DNA of 64,000 bases from Candidatus Poribacteria bacterium (GCA_965214095.1 OZ243938.1:672001-736000), one strand, 5' to 3'; positions 36,830 to 47,659 are shown, numbered from the stretch's first letter. The notes: generated by a model from the letters alone, not told the origin. Made by a program: numbers and translations.

Positions 36830-38050
36830 ATGACTACTATCAAGAAATTACTCCTCATCTTTGCGATTCTCGTTACTGCAGGATTTCTTGGATATTCCAC
36901 CTGGCATCAGTGGAGGGACAACCAAACAACGACTTTAGAGCGGATGAGACCAATCGCTCCCGTTGCTACATTTTCACATGGTGGATCTATAAGACAGATT
37001 GCTTATGACCCAAAGAATTCAGAATTGATTGCAACTGCTGGTGCTGGCGATTTTGTAAAAGTTTGGAATAGAAACAAGCATGATTACCCACAGTTATCAT
37101 TAGAATTTCAAAAGGATAGTGATGGTTCTACTAACATACTTGGATTAGCATTCTCACCGACAGATAATTTGATTGCAACGAAAACCTATTGGACACTTGA
37201 AATTTGGGATAGTAGGTCTGGAAATCGAATCAATAAATTAGATATACCTTGCTCAGCGTTCATTCTTCATCCACAAGGAAAATATATCGTAATGAATACT
37301 CCTGGGTTTACACAATGGAACTTCAAGGATCCTAAGAACATAAAAGCTGAAATTATGCTACCTTCAAAGATGGATTGGGACTCTATAAATTTGGACGGAT
37401 TAGAACGAACACATGAGTATGAAGATAAGAATATTATTCGTCATGAAATACCTGTAAAATATTTCAATGCAGCAACAAATCAACATTTTATGTCAGTTGA
37501 CATTTCACCAGATGGAAAATTGATCGCTGCAAGTGGAGAAAAACATGATAGAACGACAGAAGAGTGGAAAAGTGTGTTAACTATTTGGAATTATCAAAAA
37601 GAGAAAATGTCGAAGATTCTTGTAAGAGAGGATGCGAAAATACCTGACCTTAAACCAAATGACAAGAGGACTCCATCATTATCTTTTCCAACATCTAACC
37701 GTATCCGATCAATCGAATTTTCACCTGATAATCATTTCTTCGGACTTGCAGCCGAAAATGGCTTTACTATCTGGTCTTTACCAGAATGGAAGATATATCA
37801 TGAAGTTATGGACAAACTCATAAATGATATCACATTTTCACCAGATGGTAATCTGTTTGCTGTTGCTGATGTTAAAGGCATTACACTTTGGGATATTGAA
37901 ACTCTAACACCAATTGCGTTGCTAAAAGATAAAGGTATTCTTGCTTTTGTCTCATTAATTGAGTTTTCACCAGATGGCAATACACTGGCAGGTGGTGGTT
38001 TTGACGGTGTGTTGCGGCTTTGGGATGTGAGTGAACTAAATGAAGACTAA
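36830..38050 (+). CDS. Signal-anchored WD40-repeat protein
   Basis: N-terminal TM; repeated FSPDG...LWD units; paralog of the next gene. Confidence 0.85.
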   Translation: MTTIKKLLLIFAILVTAGFLGYSTWHQWRDNQTTTLERMRPIAPVATFSHGGSIRQIAYDPKNSELIATAGAGDFVKVWNRNKHDYPQLSLEFQKDSDGSTNILGLAFSPTDNLIATKTYWTLEIWDSRSGNRINKLDIPCSAFILHPQGKYIVMNTPGFTQWNFKDPKNIKAEIMLPSKMDWDSINLDGLERTHEYEDKNIIRHEIPVKYFNAATNQHFMSVDISPDGKLIAASGEKHDRTTEEWKSVLTIWNYQKEKMSKILVREDAKIPDLKPNDKRTPSLSFPTSNRIRSIEFSPDNHFFGLAAENGFTIWSLPEWKIYHEVMDKLINDITFSPDGNLFAVADVKGITLWDIETLTPIALLKDKGILAFVSLIEFSPDGNTLAGGGFDGVLRLWDVSELNED

Positions 38051-39257
38051 AAGACTCTCAGTATGGTTCATATTTCTCGTAGTAATCGGTGTAATCTTAG
38101 GTTTTTCCACATGGCATCAGTGGAGTGATAACCAAACAACGACTTTAGAGCGGATGAGACCAATCGCTCCCGTTGCTACATTTTCACATGGTGGGTCTAT
38201 AAGATACATTGCTTATGACCCAAAGAATCCAGAATTGATTGCAACTGCTGGTGATGGCGATTTTGTAAAAATTTGGAATAGAAACAAGCATGATTCTCCA
38301 AAGTTATCATTAGAAGTTCAAAGGGACATTGCTAAGAATATCCACATGGTTGGTATAGCATTCTCACCTACCGATAATTGGATTGCAACCAGGACTTTCT
38401 GGACACTTGAGATTTGGGATAGTCTATCTGGAAATCGCATTAATAGCTTAGACACTACTTCATCGTATTTTACTATTCATCCAGAAGGGAAATACATTGT
38501 AATGCATACTGATGGTTTAACTCTATGGAACATCAGTGATCCTAATAAGATAAAGGCTGACATTATGTTACCTCCACAGATGGGTTGGGAATCGATTAAT
38601 CTGGATGGCTTAGAAAGAACACATAACTATGATGGAAGGGATGTTATCCGTCTTGATATACCAATGAAATATAAAAATGCGGGAATGAACCAAATTTTTC
38701 GGTCAATTGCTTTTTCACCAGATGGAAAATGGTTCGCTGGAGGTAGACCGCAACATAATAGCACGACTAAAAAATGGAGAAGTGTGTTAACAATTTGGGA
38801 TTTTGAAAAGCAAAAAATGTTTAAAGCTATTGAAAGAGAGGAACCGAGAAAACCTGACCTTAAACCAAATGACAAGAGGAATCCATCATTGTCTCTTCCA
38901 ACATCTAATCGTATCCAATCCATCAAATTTTCACCTGATAATCGCTTCTTAGGTCTTGCAGCAGACAATGGCTTTACTATCTGGTCTTTACCAGATTGGC
39001 AAATATACCATGAAGTTCTGGATCGACGAATAAGCGACATTGCCTTTTCACCCGATGGTAAGATGCTTGCAGTCTGCGATGTTAAAGGAATAGTTCTTTG
39101 GTCCGTTGATACACTCACACCTGTCGCGTTGCTTGGAACAGGTGGATTTCTTGGTAGTAGCGTAATAGAGTTTTCTCCAGATGGTCGCACACTTGCTGGT
39201 GGCGGCTACGGCGGTCTTCTTAAAATATGGGATATGAGTGAGTTTTATGAAAAATAA
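38040..39257 (+). CDS. Signal-anchored WD40-repeat protein
   Basis: Tandem paralog of 36830 with a near-identical segment WHQW.DNQTTTLERMRPIAPVATFSHGGSIR. Confidence 0.85.
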   Translation: MKTKRLSVWFIFLVVIGVILGFSTWHQWSDNQTTTLERMRPIAPVATFSHGGSIRYIAYDPKNPELIATAGDGDFVKIWNRNKHDSPKLSLEVQRDIAKNIHMVGIAFSPTDNWIATRTFWTLEIWDSLSGNRINSLDTTSSYFTIHPEGKYIVMHTDGLTLWNISDPNKIKADIMLPPQMGWESINLDGLERTHNYDGRDVIRLDIPMKYKNAGMNQIFRSIAFSPDGKWFAGGRPQHNSTTKKWRSVLTIWDFEKQKMFKAIEREEPRKPDLKPNDKRNPSLSLPTSNRIQSIKFSPDNRFLGLAADNGFTIWSLPDWQIYHEVLDRRISDIAFSPDGKMLAVCDVKGIVLWSVDTLTPVALLGTGGFLGSSVIEFSPDGRTLAGGGYGGLLKIWDMSEFYEK

Positions 39258-41307
39258 AAGACTCATTCTACTTTTTTTATTAATAGCGTTAGTGGTAGTT
39301 GGCGTGTTAGTGTATGTCATCACACGTCTCCAGCAGGAAGAACTGCTGCCACAGAAATTTGCACAGCTACCTGAAAAACCGAAACTCATTGATGAATTCC
39401 ATCAGAATACAAAAATCTATTCTGTAGCATTTTCTCCAGTAGACTCTTCTACTATTGCGTTTGTGGATGAATATGGAACAATTAAGTTGTGGCACAGAAA
39501 TATCACGAATAAACCCGCTCCTATTCTTGAAGATTTTCCAGAACGTTTTAATTATATTGGTTTTTCACCTACAGGAAAAATGCTTGCCGCTTGCAGTTAT
39601 AGAAAACTCATACTATGGGATGTTGCTTCAGGGACGAAACTCAATTCAATTGAAACACCAACTCAACAATTTGCTTTTACACCTGATGGACAACGACTCG
39701 CTACAGTTTACAATGAAATAAAACTATGGGATATTCGCAATCTAAAGAAAATTGTAGAAATCGCTACCCTACCCTATGATGAAACACATAAAGCATCAGG
39801 TTGGGCATCTGCAGTTGCCATTTCAAACGATGGCACATTGATTGCTGCAGGATATTCCAATGGAACTATAAACGTTTGGGACCTACAGACACGACAATTG
39901 GTAGAAACTTTAGAATCATCTCTACATCAAATGGATTATTTAAAGTTTTCACCTAACAACAAATTTATGGTTGCAGGTGGTAATGATATAGAGATGTATT
40001 CGCATTCTGTGAAAGAGTATATCATGTGGGAATTGCCAAGTTGGCAACGGAAGGGACAGGTACTGCGCGGGAATGTTGAGAATTTAGTATTTTCTCCTGA
40101 TGCCAGTCTATGTGCAAGTGCAACTGGAAGGTATATATACGGAAGGGGTGTAGAAATATGGTCGACTACAAATGGGACACCAATAGCAACAATTCCAACA
40201 GAAGCAAGAGATGTTTCGTTTTCACATGATGGAGAACTAATCGTAACCGGCGGCAACGATGGGATTGTTCGTGTGTGGAAACTCACACAGCCACATTTAG
40301 ACTCTACCAATAACCAGAACGATCTTGTGCGATTGATTTACAACTTGCCAAAAGGCATCGAACCTTCGTATAACATTACACAAAAAATTGATCAAACAAT
40401 TAGAGAAGTACAAAAGTTCTACGCTGATGAGATGGAACGACACGGATTTGATAGAAAGACATTTAGGTTTGAGACCGATGAAAATGGAAAAGCAAAGATA
40501 TATCGTTCGGAAGAATACTTAGCTGAATATCATGATTTGCAGTTGAACGATATCTGGCTTGTTTTTGCTGATGACATGAAAGATGCCACATCTTACTTAA
40601 TAGATCATATCCTAAAACAAAACACACCAGGACAAAATAGACATTTATCTAATTCCTTTGATTCAACATTTGAGTTCCCAACAAAACGTAATGTAATTGA
40701 AAAGGATAAAATTTGGATGGACGATATTGAGGGAATCGTTGGTGATGGTCGTTTTATCTCGATTTCAAAGAAGAAGTTAGATTGGAAGTTAACAGCTTAC
40801 TCACTGAAGCGGCTGTTTGGTTTGTTAGATACGGAAAATAGTTGGGATAAAATTGGACCGAACATGTCAAATAACGTCTTAAACAGCTTAAACAGATTGC
40901 TTCCGTGGAGTAAAGAGTGGATAAGATTGTCCAAATGTGAGGCAGAATTCTTGAATAAGAGTCGGTACTTTAACCCGAACCAACCCTTCTTTGACAATCA
41001 ACCAGATATTGAGATGTCAATTTTAAAAGCAGATACAGAATCTCAAATTTTACAATTTACTGCATCTGATGAAGATGGGATACACCAACTGCTATTATTT
41101 GTGCCTGATAATTTAGAAAACCAATACAGGATAGACAATTTTCAAGGATGTGAATCAATAAATGGAAAGAAGCGTGCAATCGTTGAATTTGAAGTATTTA
41201 ATTCAGGAATTAAACGTGGAGAAATTCGGATGATTGACATGCTTGGAAACATTGCATCGCGAAAATTTGATATAAAAGAACAAACATCTCAAGAAGAGGA
41301 GAAATAG
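39247..41307 (+). CDS. Signal-anchored WD40-repeat protein with a degenerate metallopeptidase-like domain
   Basis: WD40 repeats; FYADEMERHGFDRKTF; LSKCEAEFLNKSRYFN. Confidence 0.8.
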   Translation: MKNKRLILLFLLIALVVVGVLVYVITRLQQEELLPQKFAQLPEKPKLIDEFHQNTKIYSVAFSPVDSSTIAFVDEYGTIKLWHRNITNKPAPILEDFPERFNYIGFSPTGKMLAACSYRKLILWDVASGTKLNSIETPTQQFAFTPDGQRLATVYNEIKLWDIRNLKKIVEIATLPYDETHKASGWASAVAISNDGTLIAAGYSNGTINVWDLQTRQLVETLESSLHQMDYLKFSPNNKFMVAGGNDIEMYSHSVKEYIMWELPSWQRKGQVLRGNVENLVFSPDASLCASATGRYIYGRGVEIWSTTNGTPIATIPTEARDVSFSHDGELIVTGGNDGIVRVWKLTQPHLDSTNNQNDLVRLIYNLPKGIEPSYNITQKIDQTIREVQKFYADEMERHGFDRKTFRFETDENGKAKIYRSEEYLAEYHDLQLNDIWLVFADDMKDATSYLIDHILKQNTPGQNRHLSNSFDSTFEFPTKRNVIEKDKIWMDDIEGIVGDGRFISISKKKLDWKLTAYSLKRLFGLLDTENSWDKIGPNMSNNVLNSLNRLLPWSKEWIRLSKCEAEFLNKSRYFNPNQPFFDNQPDIEMSILKADTESQILQFTASDEDGIHQLLLFVPDNLENQYRIDNFQGCESINGKKRAIVEFEVFNSGIKRGEIRMIDMLGNIASRKFDIKEQTSQEEEK

Positions 41308-41386
41308 TAGATTTTGAACTTACTTGAACACTCTTCATCTGCGAGGTTAGGAAACCTCGCCTACCATGTGACGAAAGTGTCAACTT
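41305..41386. repeat. 82-bp dispersed repeat with a REP hairpin (copy of 32074-32155)
   Basis: Direct sequence comparison. Confidence 0.75.
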
Positions 41387-41394
41387 ATATTTAA

Positions 41395-41631
41395 CTATAG
41401 TTTGGACAATTTCTCTTGGTTACATACTGATATTGCTGGCATTTGCAATATATTGTGAGTTTTGGATAGGATAATACTTTGATGAAAAAGTGTGAAAACA
41501 TCAAAATGAGCAGCCCCAGCGGGGCGGAATGTGTATAGAAAACTGTACCCCGACCAATGCAAGCCCCAGCGGGGCGACAGGTGTGTATCATTCAAGAAAT
41601 AGGTATGATGACTGTGATGCTCCTTGTCCAG
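41395..41631. mobile_element. MITE family 1, right end truncated
   Basis: Left TIR and body match 6729-6961; the element is then interrupted by a different REP (GCGCGCTTACAAAGCGCGCCTAC). Confidence 0.8.
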
Positions 41632-41762
41632 CGCGCTTACAAAGCGCGCCTACAGCGGGTTAGGGTTTGTAAATTGATGCCTATGCCAGAATACGCGTGT
41701 GGTATTCTGCATTGGCTAGGAAACCGCGCCTGCCGGGTCTATGAGAGTAATAATTAGGAAAG

Positions 41763-41933
41763 ATGTTAAAAAAAATAGCGATATTCCCTGCAAGTTTTGA
41801 CCCTATCACACTTGGTCATGTTGACTTGATAGAGAGAGTTTGCAAACTCGACGTATTTGATGAATTCATCATTGTTATTGCAGTGAACCCAGCAAAAGAG
41901 GAAAGGCTACTATTGAAGAACGCATACAGATGA
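41763..41933 (+). pseudogene. coaD: 5' duplicate fragment of coaD
   Basis: Near-identical to 44134-44303, with a 1-nt deletion near 41907 and then truncation. Confidence 0.85.
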
Positions 41934-42010
41934 ATATTCACCAGATGGCAATACACTTGAAAGCGATGGTTTTGATGATGTGTTGCAAATTTGGAATGTA
42001 AGGGATTATT

Positions 42011-44110
42011 ATGAAGAACAAAAGACGAATTCTACTATTTGTACTTTTAGCGGCAGTGGGTGTTAGCGTTCGAGTGTATTTCATCACACGTCCACAGCAG
42101 GAAGAGATATATCCACAGAAATTCGCACAGTTGCCTGAAAAACCCACACTCATCACTGAATTTAATCATGGTACAACGTTTGTTTCCGATGAAGTTCAAC
42201 TTGAAGGTTTCACTTTGTTAGATGCAAGTATAATTTATTCAATAAAATTTTCACCTGTTGATGCTTCTCTCATAGCAAGTGTAAATAGTCAAGGAAATAT
42301 AAAGTTATGGAATTTAGACAACATCAAAAAACCAGTGAGAACCTTCACGCATCCTGGAATATTTCCATCTATCGGTTTTTCGCCTACAGGAGAGTTGTTG
42401 GCAAGTGAAGGAGGAGGGATTTTGGTGCTGTGGGATGTTGATTCAGGAACCAAAATTAACACGATTGAGCATTCAAGCAGAGAATTCGCTTTTTCTTCAG
42501 ATGGACTAAAACTTGCTACGGTCCACAATGACGTGAAGATCTGGGATATCCAGAATCCAAAGCAGATAACTGAAATTGCAATGCTACCATTTGAAGAAGT
42601 GCATAGAATCAGAAGTTGGGCTTGTGCAGTGAGCATTTCTGCAGATGGCAAAATGATTGCAGCAGGATATGCAAGTGGATTAGTAAATATCTGGAATCTT
42701 CAGACAAAACAACATGTAAAAACTTTAAGGACTCCTTATGCAGAGATGAGGTATTTGAAGTTCTCTCCTGACAATAAGTATTTGGTATGTGGCGGTCCCA
42801 TTCCAATGAGACACATATATTTGGGTAAGAATAAACACGATAGTTTAGGTGTTATAGGTCATGGTGCTCAAGGTTATATGATGTGGCGAATACCGAGTTG
42901 GGAGCGGCATGGTGAAGTGCAACGCGGGAACATTGATAAGTTGATATTTTCTCCTGATGGAAAGGTCTGTGCCAGCATGAAAGACAGGGCATATTCAAAT
43001 AGATCTGTTCAACTTTGGTCCATTGAAAGTGGGGCACCAATTACTGCATTACCATCACAGACAATTCCACGTGACATTGCGTTTTCACACGATAGCAACC
43101 TGATTGTAATAGGTGATTTTAATGGGGGAATTAAAGTCTGGGAACATAATGCCAAAAACTTAGAGTCTACTACGCCTTCTAAAGATATTGTCCGAATTGC
43201 TTATAGACTCAATAAAGACCAAGTACCGTCTCCAAACATTACCGAAAAGATAGATGAGACAATAAGAGAAGTACAGGACTTTTATGCAGATGAAATGGAA
43301 CGACACGGATTTGATAGAAAGACATTTAGGTTTGAAACTGATGAGAATGGTAAAGCGAAAGTATACCTTGCAAACTATCATCCAAACAATATGGATTCAT
43401 CTAATGACATCTGGCTCTCATTTAGAGTTAGACAATCAGCCGTTTTTCCAATTCCTATATTAGATTATTTTGATCATATTCATTCCTTTGAGTACACGAA
43501 TAAAGATAGTAAAAGACCTAGAGACGGTATCGCGTCAGGGGATATAGAAGGAATTGCCCTTGGTAGACATGTATCTATAGGTGCAAGCAAGCTTAATCGG
43601 AAATCTATCGCGTATTTACTTAGAGGGACATTTGGATTATTATATATTGATGACTCAAAAAAACCTAACTTTATCAAACGCCTTTACACTCGTGTTAACG
43701 ATGCAATGCCATGGGGTAAAAGATGGGCAAAACTATCTAAATGTGAAGCAGAAGTGTTAGATAAAAGTAGATTCTTCAACCAAAATCATCCATTTTTTGA
43801 TAAATATCCGACTATGGATTTGCATATAACCTCTCCTAAAACAAGTGGTCTACGATACTTTATTTTTGATGTTACTGATGAAGACGGTATACATCAAGTA
43901 CAACTATATGTGCCAAGAGATTCTAAAGATCGCAGTCGTGGAAATAAATTACATGAGTGTCAAACGCTAAACGGTAAAGATAAGGAAATAGTTGGCTTTG
44001 AAATTACTAATCCTGAGATAAAGAATGTAAGGCTTCGCTTGATTGATATGCTTGGAAACATTGCATCACGAGAATTCAGTATTATAGAAAAAACATCTCA
44101 AGAAGAGTAA
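42011..44110 (+). CDS. Signal-anchored WD40-repeat protein with a degenerate metallopeptidase-like domain
   Basis: Paralog of 39247 (MKNKR..., PQKFAQLPEKP, FYADEMERHGFDRKTF, IDMLGNIASR). Confidence 0.8.
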   Translation: MKNKRRILLFVLLAAVGVSVRVYFITRPQQEEIYPQKFAQLPEKPTLITEFNHGTTFVSDEVQLEGFTLLDASIIYSIKFSPVDASLIASVNSQGNIKLWNLDNIKKPVRTFTHPGIFPSIGFSPTGELLASEGGGILVLWDVDSGTKINTIEHSSREFAFSSDGLKLATVHNDVKIWDIQNPKQITEIAMLPFEEVHRIRSWACAVSISADGKMIAAGYASGLVNIWNLQTKQHVKTLRTPYAEMRYLKFSPDNKYLVCGGPIPMRHIYLGKNKHDSLGVIGHGAQGYMMWRIPSWERHGEVQRGNIDKLIFSPDGKVCASMKDRAYSNRSVQLWSIESGAPITALPSQTIPRDIAFSHDSNLIVIGDFNGGIKVWEHNAKNLESTTPSKDIVRIAYRLNKDQVPSPNITEKIDETIREVQDFYADEMERHGFDRKTFRFETDENGKAKVYLANYHPNNMDSSNDIWLSFRVRQSAVFPIPILDYFDHIHSFEYTNKDSKRPRDGIASGDIEGIALGRHVSIGASKLNRKSIAYLLRGTFGLLYIDDSKKPNFIKRLYTRVNDAMPWGKRWAKLSKCEAEVLDKSRFFNQNHPFFDKYPTMDLHITSPKTSGLRYFIFDVTDEDGIHQVQLYVPRDSKDRSRGNKLHECQTLNGKDKEIVGFEITNPEIKNVRLRLIDMLGNIASREFSIIEKTSQEE

Positions 44111-44133
44111 ATATAATCAAGAAAGGAGAACAG

Positions 44134-44646
44134 ATGTCTAAGAAAATCGCTATATTCCCTGCAAGTTTTGACCCTATCACACTTGGTCATGTTGACTTGA
44201 TAGAGAGAGTTTGCAAACTCGACGTATTTGATGAATTCATCATTGTTATTGCCGTGAACCCAGCAAAAGAGGAAAGGTTCACTATTGAAGAACGCATACA
44301 GATGCTTGAAGAAGTCATCAAACCATTCCCGAAAGCCACTATTGATGGGGATACCGGTTTGATTGTGCATTTCGCACAAGCACGTAATGCATGCACCATC
44401 ATCCGTGGGTTACGGGAAATCTCTGACTTTGAATGGGAATTCAAAATGGCTCGGATGAACCAACAGATTGCTCCAGAAATTGATACACTTTTTATGGTTG
44501 CTAATAGACAATATGCACACATCAGTTCTTCATTGGTGATGGAAGTCGTAGAAATGGGACAAGGAAAAGTAGGTGAGTCAAAGTTGTTAGAGATGGTACC
44601 CCCAGTAGTGGTTGAGTTTATCAAACAGAAATACCATCTTAATTGA
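44134..44646 (+). CDS. coaD: Pantetheine-phosphate adenylyltransferase
   Basis: [27 protein letters not shown] motifs; AAGGAG RBS. Confidence 0.92.
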   Translation: MSKKIAIFPASFDPITLGHVDLIERVCKLDVFDEFIIVIAVNPAKEERFTIEERIQMLEEVIKPFPKATIDGDTGLIVHFAQARNACTIIRGLREISDFEWEFKMARMNQQIAPEIDTLFMVANRQYAHISSSLVMEVVEMGQGKVGESKLLEMVPPVVVEFIKQKYHLN

Positions 44647-44689
44647 TATTCTGACACTGTTCTGCAATACCAACCGATTATCTCATTCC

Positions 44690-47038
44690 TTAGAACCGAT
44701 TATCCAAACTTATACTAACATTGAATCCAGGTGAGTTGACACCCGATCCGTGTTGACGATACCGTTTATCCAGTATATTATCAAAAGCCAATGTCAAATT
44801 TGTAGAATCATTAAGATTTATTCCACCGCGCACATTGAGTGTCCACCATCCTGGGGTTCCTTGATCTATCGCAGCACCATTCACATCAAATTCAACTTCA
44901 CCGGTATCACGGGTTGTGCCTTGTATACGCGGATCACGTATATCACTTCTATTTAGTCTTCTTTGTGCGGCAGCCCCTCGCACGAATACTGTTCCCCAAT
45001 ACTGAGTATCCGCTGGATCCCATTCAATACCGACTATTCCATTCAAAGGGGGTTCTCTCCGTGTTCGTGCTTCCCAAGGTTTCTCTGGGTCAGGTTCCAC
45101 ACCGTTAATCAAGAGAACTGCTCCACGCAATATTGCAGCGTTACCATACAATGAAAACACAGAATTCATAGGAACGAATGCAGCCAATTCCACGCCTTGA
45201 TACTGTGCTTCATCAACATTATCGAAGACGAGTACATCAATTCCTTCATATTCATCAATAAGATCTTGATGTAGTTGTGGGATTTCACCACCTTCATACG
45301 CCTCTGCAACAGGTTTTCTGACAACCAGACCGTTGATCCGACTATGGAATAGCGTCAATGAACCTCGAAAATGCTTGTGTTTTATCTTGAAACCACCCTC
45401 AGCAGTCCACGAAGTTTCTGCATCTAAGTCAGGACTGGGTGCAGTGATACCTTCGTTGGTAACCTCAACAGCAGTTGTGTCATTCAAAGATGGAGCACGA
45501 AACGCAGTTCCAAGGCTTCCCACCAAATTCACAAATTCAGTCAATCCAATCACAACACCTGCACTACCGGTCAAACTATTGTCAAATTTATTAAATTCTT
45601 CAAATTCATCAGAACGCACGGATAGGTCTGCATAGGTATTATATACTGTCGCACGACCACCTAAGGTAAATTCTACTCTCTCATGAATCTGTATTTCATC
45701 TTGAAGATAGATACTTGCATCCCAGAACTGAGAACCGTTAATAAAACGTCCTTTTTCTTCATCAACAGTTTCCTTTCCATTTTCTGTTGAAACAGTCCGA
45801 CTCTGTATCGTATCAAAGTAGAATTCACCACCACCGACTATCCGTTGTTTTGGTAAAACACTGCTGACGGCTTGTGCACTCAATCCTATTGTGTTCACAG
45901 TGTCGTATCTATGTCTACGTTTTTCTGCATCAAGTTTTACTTCATTTCGTCCCTCTTTCTGTCTATTGAAAGAAGCAGTAAAACGTATCTTATCAAGGCT
46001 ATCACCTTCAGGATTTGTTATGTAGTTTGCATAGAGAAGGTCACGGTTCTGTGGTTGAAAATAGAACTCCTCAAATTCACGAGGAGCAATTTTATCATAT
46101 CGAGGCGTTTGCGGTTGTCTCCACATCTGATATGCGACATTCAATGTGCTTGTATCATTTAGTTTATAACCGATTTTTGCATTCACATCGACTGCACTCC
46201 AACTCAAAGGACCTTCAGTGTCAATGAGCCAATTATCTGGGATTTCTTCTTTATTCAGTCTATTTATCGTCTTGTAGTTATAGAGATCCACATCATTAGG
46301 TTTTGCATCTACAATTTCATATTTCCGATTCTTATAGTGTAAGTCATATCCATTTCCGGGGTTGATGTCACCATATTCTCTGACACCGCCGCCAACGATG
46401 AAACCGAAATTTCCTTTGTTTCCTGTCAACTCCAATCGACCAAGACGTTCCTGAGTCGCCGTTGAGTAACGAGCGATGAGATGTGGACGGATATTCAGTT
46501 TGTGACTTATCAGATTGTTTTGTGATGGATTAATTGGCACATCTTTTGTGAAGTAACTTACAACACCTCCCATTGCGCCACTTCCATAGAGCATTGAGCT
46601 TGAACCACGTAAAACTTCGGCACTTCCTAACATTTCAGGTGCAATGGTTGCTGCATATTGATTCGGTCCAGACCGAAATGTTGAATTGTTCAATCGTACC
46701 CAGTCAACCTGTATCAAAGTTTGGTAGCCTGTTAGACTCCTAAGCATCGGTGAGCCTTGACCAACCGTTGTCTCTTGTGCAATGACCCCGACAACATCAC
46801 GAAGGATATTGGACGCATGCTCTGCGTTTGTTCGTGCGATTTGATCTGATCCCAATATACTGATGGCATTTGGTGTATAAAATGGATCTTTTTCGGCACG
46901 GGTAGCAGTCACCGTAACTGTATCTAACTCAACTGCATTAGAATAGACAGAAACGTTCAATCCACTAATGAGTCCTATAAATATTAAAGATAATTGTAGT
47001 ATTGCTTTTTTCATCATATTCTCCAGCGTGTCCAACAT
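44690..47038 (-). CDS. TonB-dependent receptor
   Basis: Signal peptide, TonB box DTVTVTATR, plug EVLRGSSSMLYGSGAMGGVV, C-terminal NILDKRY...F. Confidence 0.92.
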   Translation of the reverse strand: MLDTLENMMKKAILQLSLIFIGLISGLNVSVYSNAVELDTVTVTATRAEKDPFYTPNAISILGSDQIARTNAEHASNILRDVVGVIAQETTVGQGSPMLRSLTGYQTLIQVDWVRLNNSTFRSGPNQYAATIAPEMLGSAEVLRGSSSMLYGSGAMGGVVSYFTKDVPINPSQNNLISHKLNIRPHLIARYSTATQERLGRLELTGNKGNFGFIVGGGVREYGDINPGNGYDLHYKNRKYEIVDAKPNDVDLYNYKTINRLNKEEIPDNWLIDTEGPLSWSAVDVNAKIGYKLNDTSTLNVAYQMWRQPQTPRYDKIAPREFEEFYFQPQNRDLLYANYITNPEGDSLDKIRFTASFNRQKEGRNEVKLDAEKRRHRYDTVNTIGLSAQAVSSVLPKQRIVGGGEFYFDTIQSRTVSTENGKETVDEEKGRFINGSQFWDASIYLQDEIQIHERVEFTLGGRATVYNTYADLSVRSDEFEEFNKFDNSLTGSAGVVIGLTEFVNLVGSLGTAFRAPSLNDTTAVEVTNEGITAPSPDLDAETSWTAEGGFKIKHKHFRGSLTLFHSRINGLVVRKPVAEAYEGGEIPQLHQDLIDEYEGIDVLVFDNVDEAQYQGVELAAFVPMNSVFSLYGNAAILRGAVLLINGVEPDPEKPWEARTRREPPLNGIVGIEWDPADTQYWGTVFVRGAAAQRRLNRSDIRDPRIQGTTRDTGEVEFDVNGAAIDQGTPGWWTLNVRGGINLNDSTNLTLAFDNILDKRYRQHGSGVNSPGFNVSISLDNRF

Positions 47039-47083
47039 ATTTCTTATTGTAATATAGAGTCATTTGTAAACTGCATAATGTAT

Positions 47084-47100
47084 AGCAATTTATATGCCAA
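47084..47100 (-). promoter_or_regulatory. sigma54 (-24/-12) promoter of the TonB receptor
   Basis: Minus strand TTGGCATATAAATTGCT matches TGGCA-N6-TTGC(A/T) with correct GG-N10-GC spacing. Confidence 0.75.
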
Positions 47101-47128
47101 CTTTTTCACCTAAAAAATAATTGATTTC

Positions 47129-47209
47129 TGTTCAATTTGAAAACAGATGAATATAAATTGTTCATTTTCTGAACAGGTTCATTACTCAGCGATGTTCAAT
47201 TGTTGAGAT
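47129..47209. promoter_or_regulatory. Three palindromic operator/enhancer-like sites TGTTCA-N5-TGAACA
   Basis: TGTTCAATTTGAAAACA (47129), TGTTCATTTTCTGAACA (47159, perfect arms), TGTTCAATTGTTGAGAT (47193). Confidence 0.55.
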
Positions 47210-47659
47210 TCTGTTTTGCTGAATCTCGGATATGCTCGGATTCCTCGGATTGCGCGGAGAATGTCCGAGGCATATTGAATTGCACTCGGTGAATGTGCAT
47301 TAGTGATTTGTCTGCCTTTATTTTAAGAGTAATATGATCGTAGGGGCGAGGTCACCTCGTCCTCTTCCAAATCACATACCCGTAATTTTAGTATGGACAC
47401 TCCATTAGACAAACATATCTGATTATTTTATAGTTAGACAAAATTTCAAAGAATTAGAGAATGGAAAATTATTCCCAAAAATATGGTAACAAATACAGAA
47501 AAATGGACGTTAAAAATCTTAAGTGATAAAGAGCAATAAACTGTGAAACATGTCTTGAAAAAGTCAATATATAATAACTTAACATACATTCTATAGTCCA
47601 GTCCATAAAAGAACATCTAAATTTCATAATGCAGACATCCTTTTTATTAGGTGGTATTT

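Noticed and set aside
46699-46704. Trp at a usually Gly position in the TonB plug (VDWVRLNN)
   Set aside because: A single-base difference (GGG vs TGG) that cannot be told apart from polymorphism or sequencing error.
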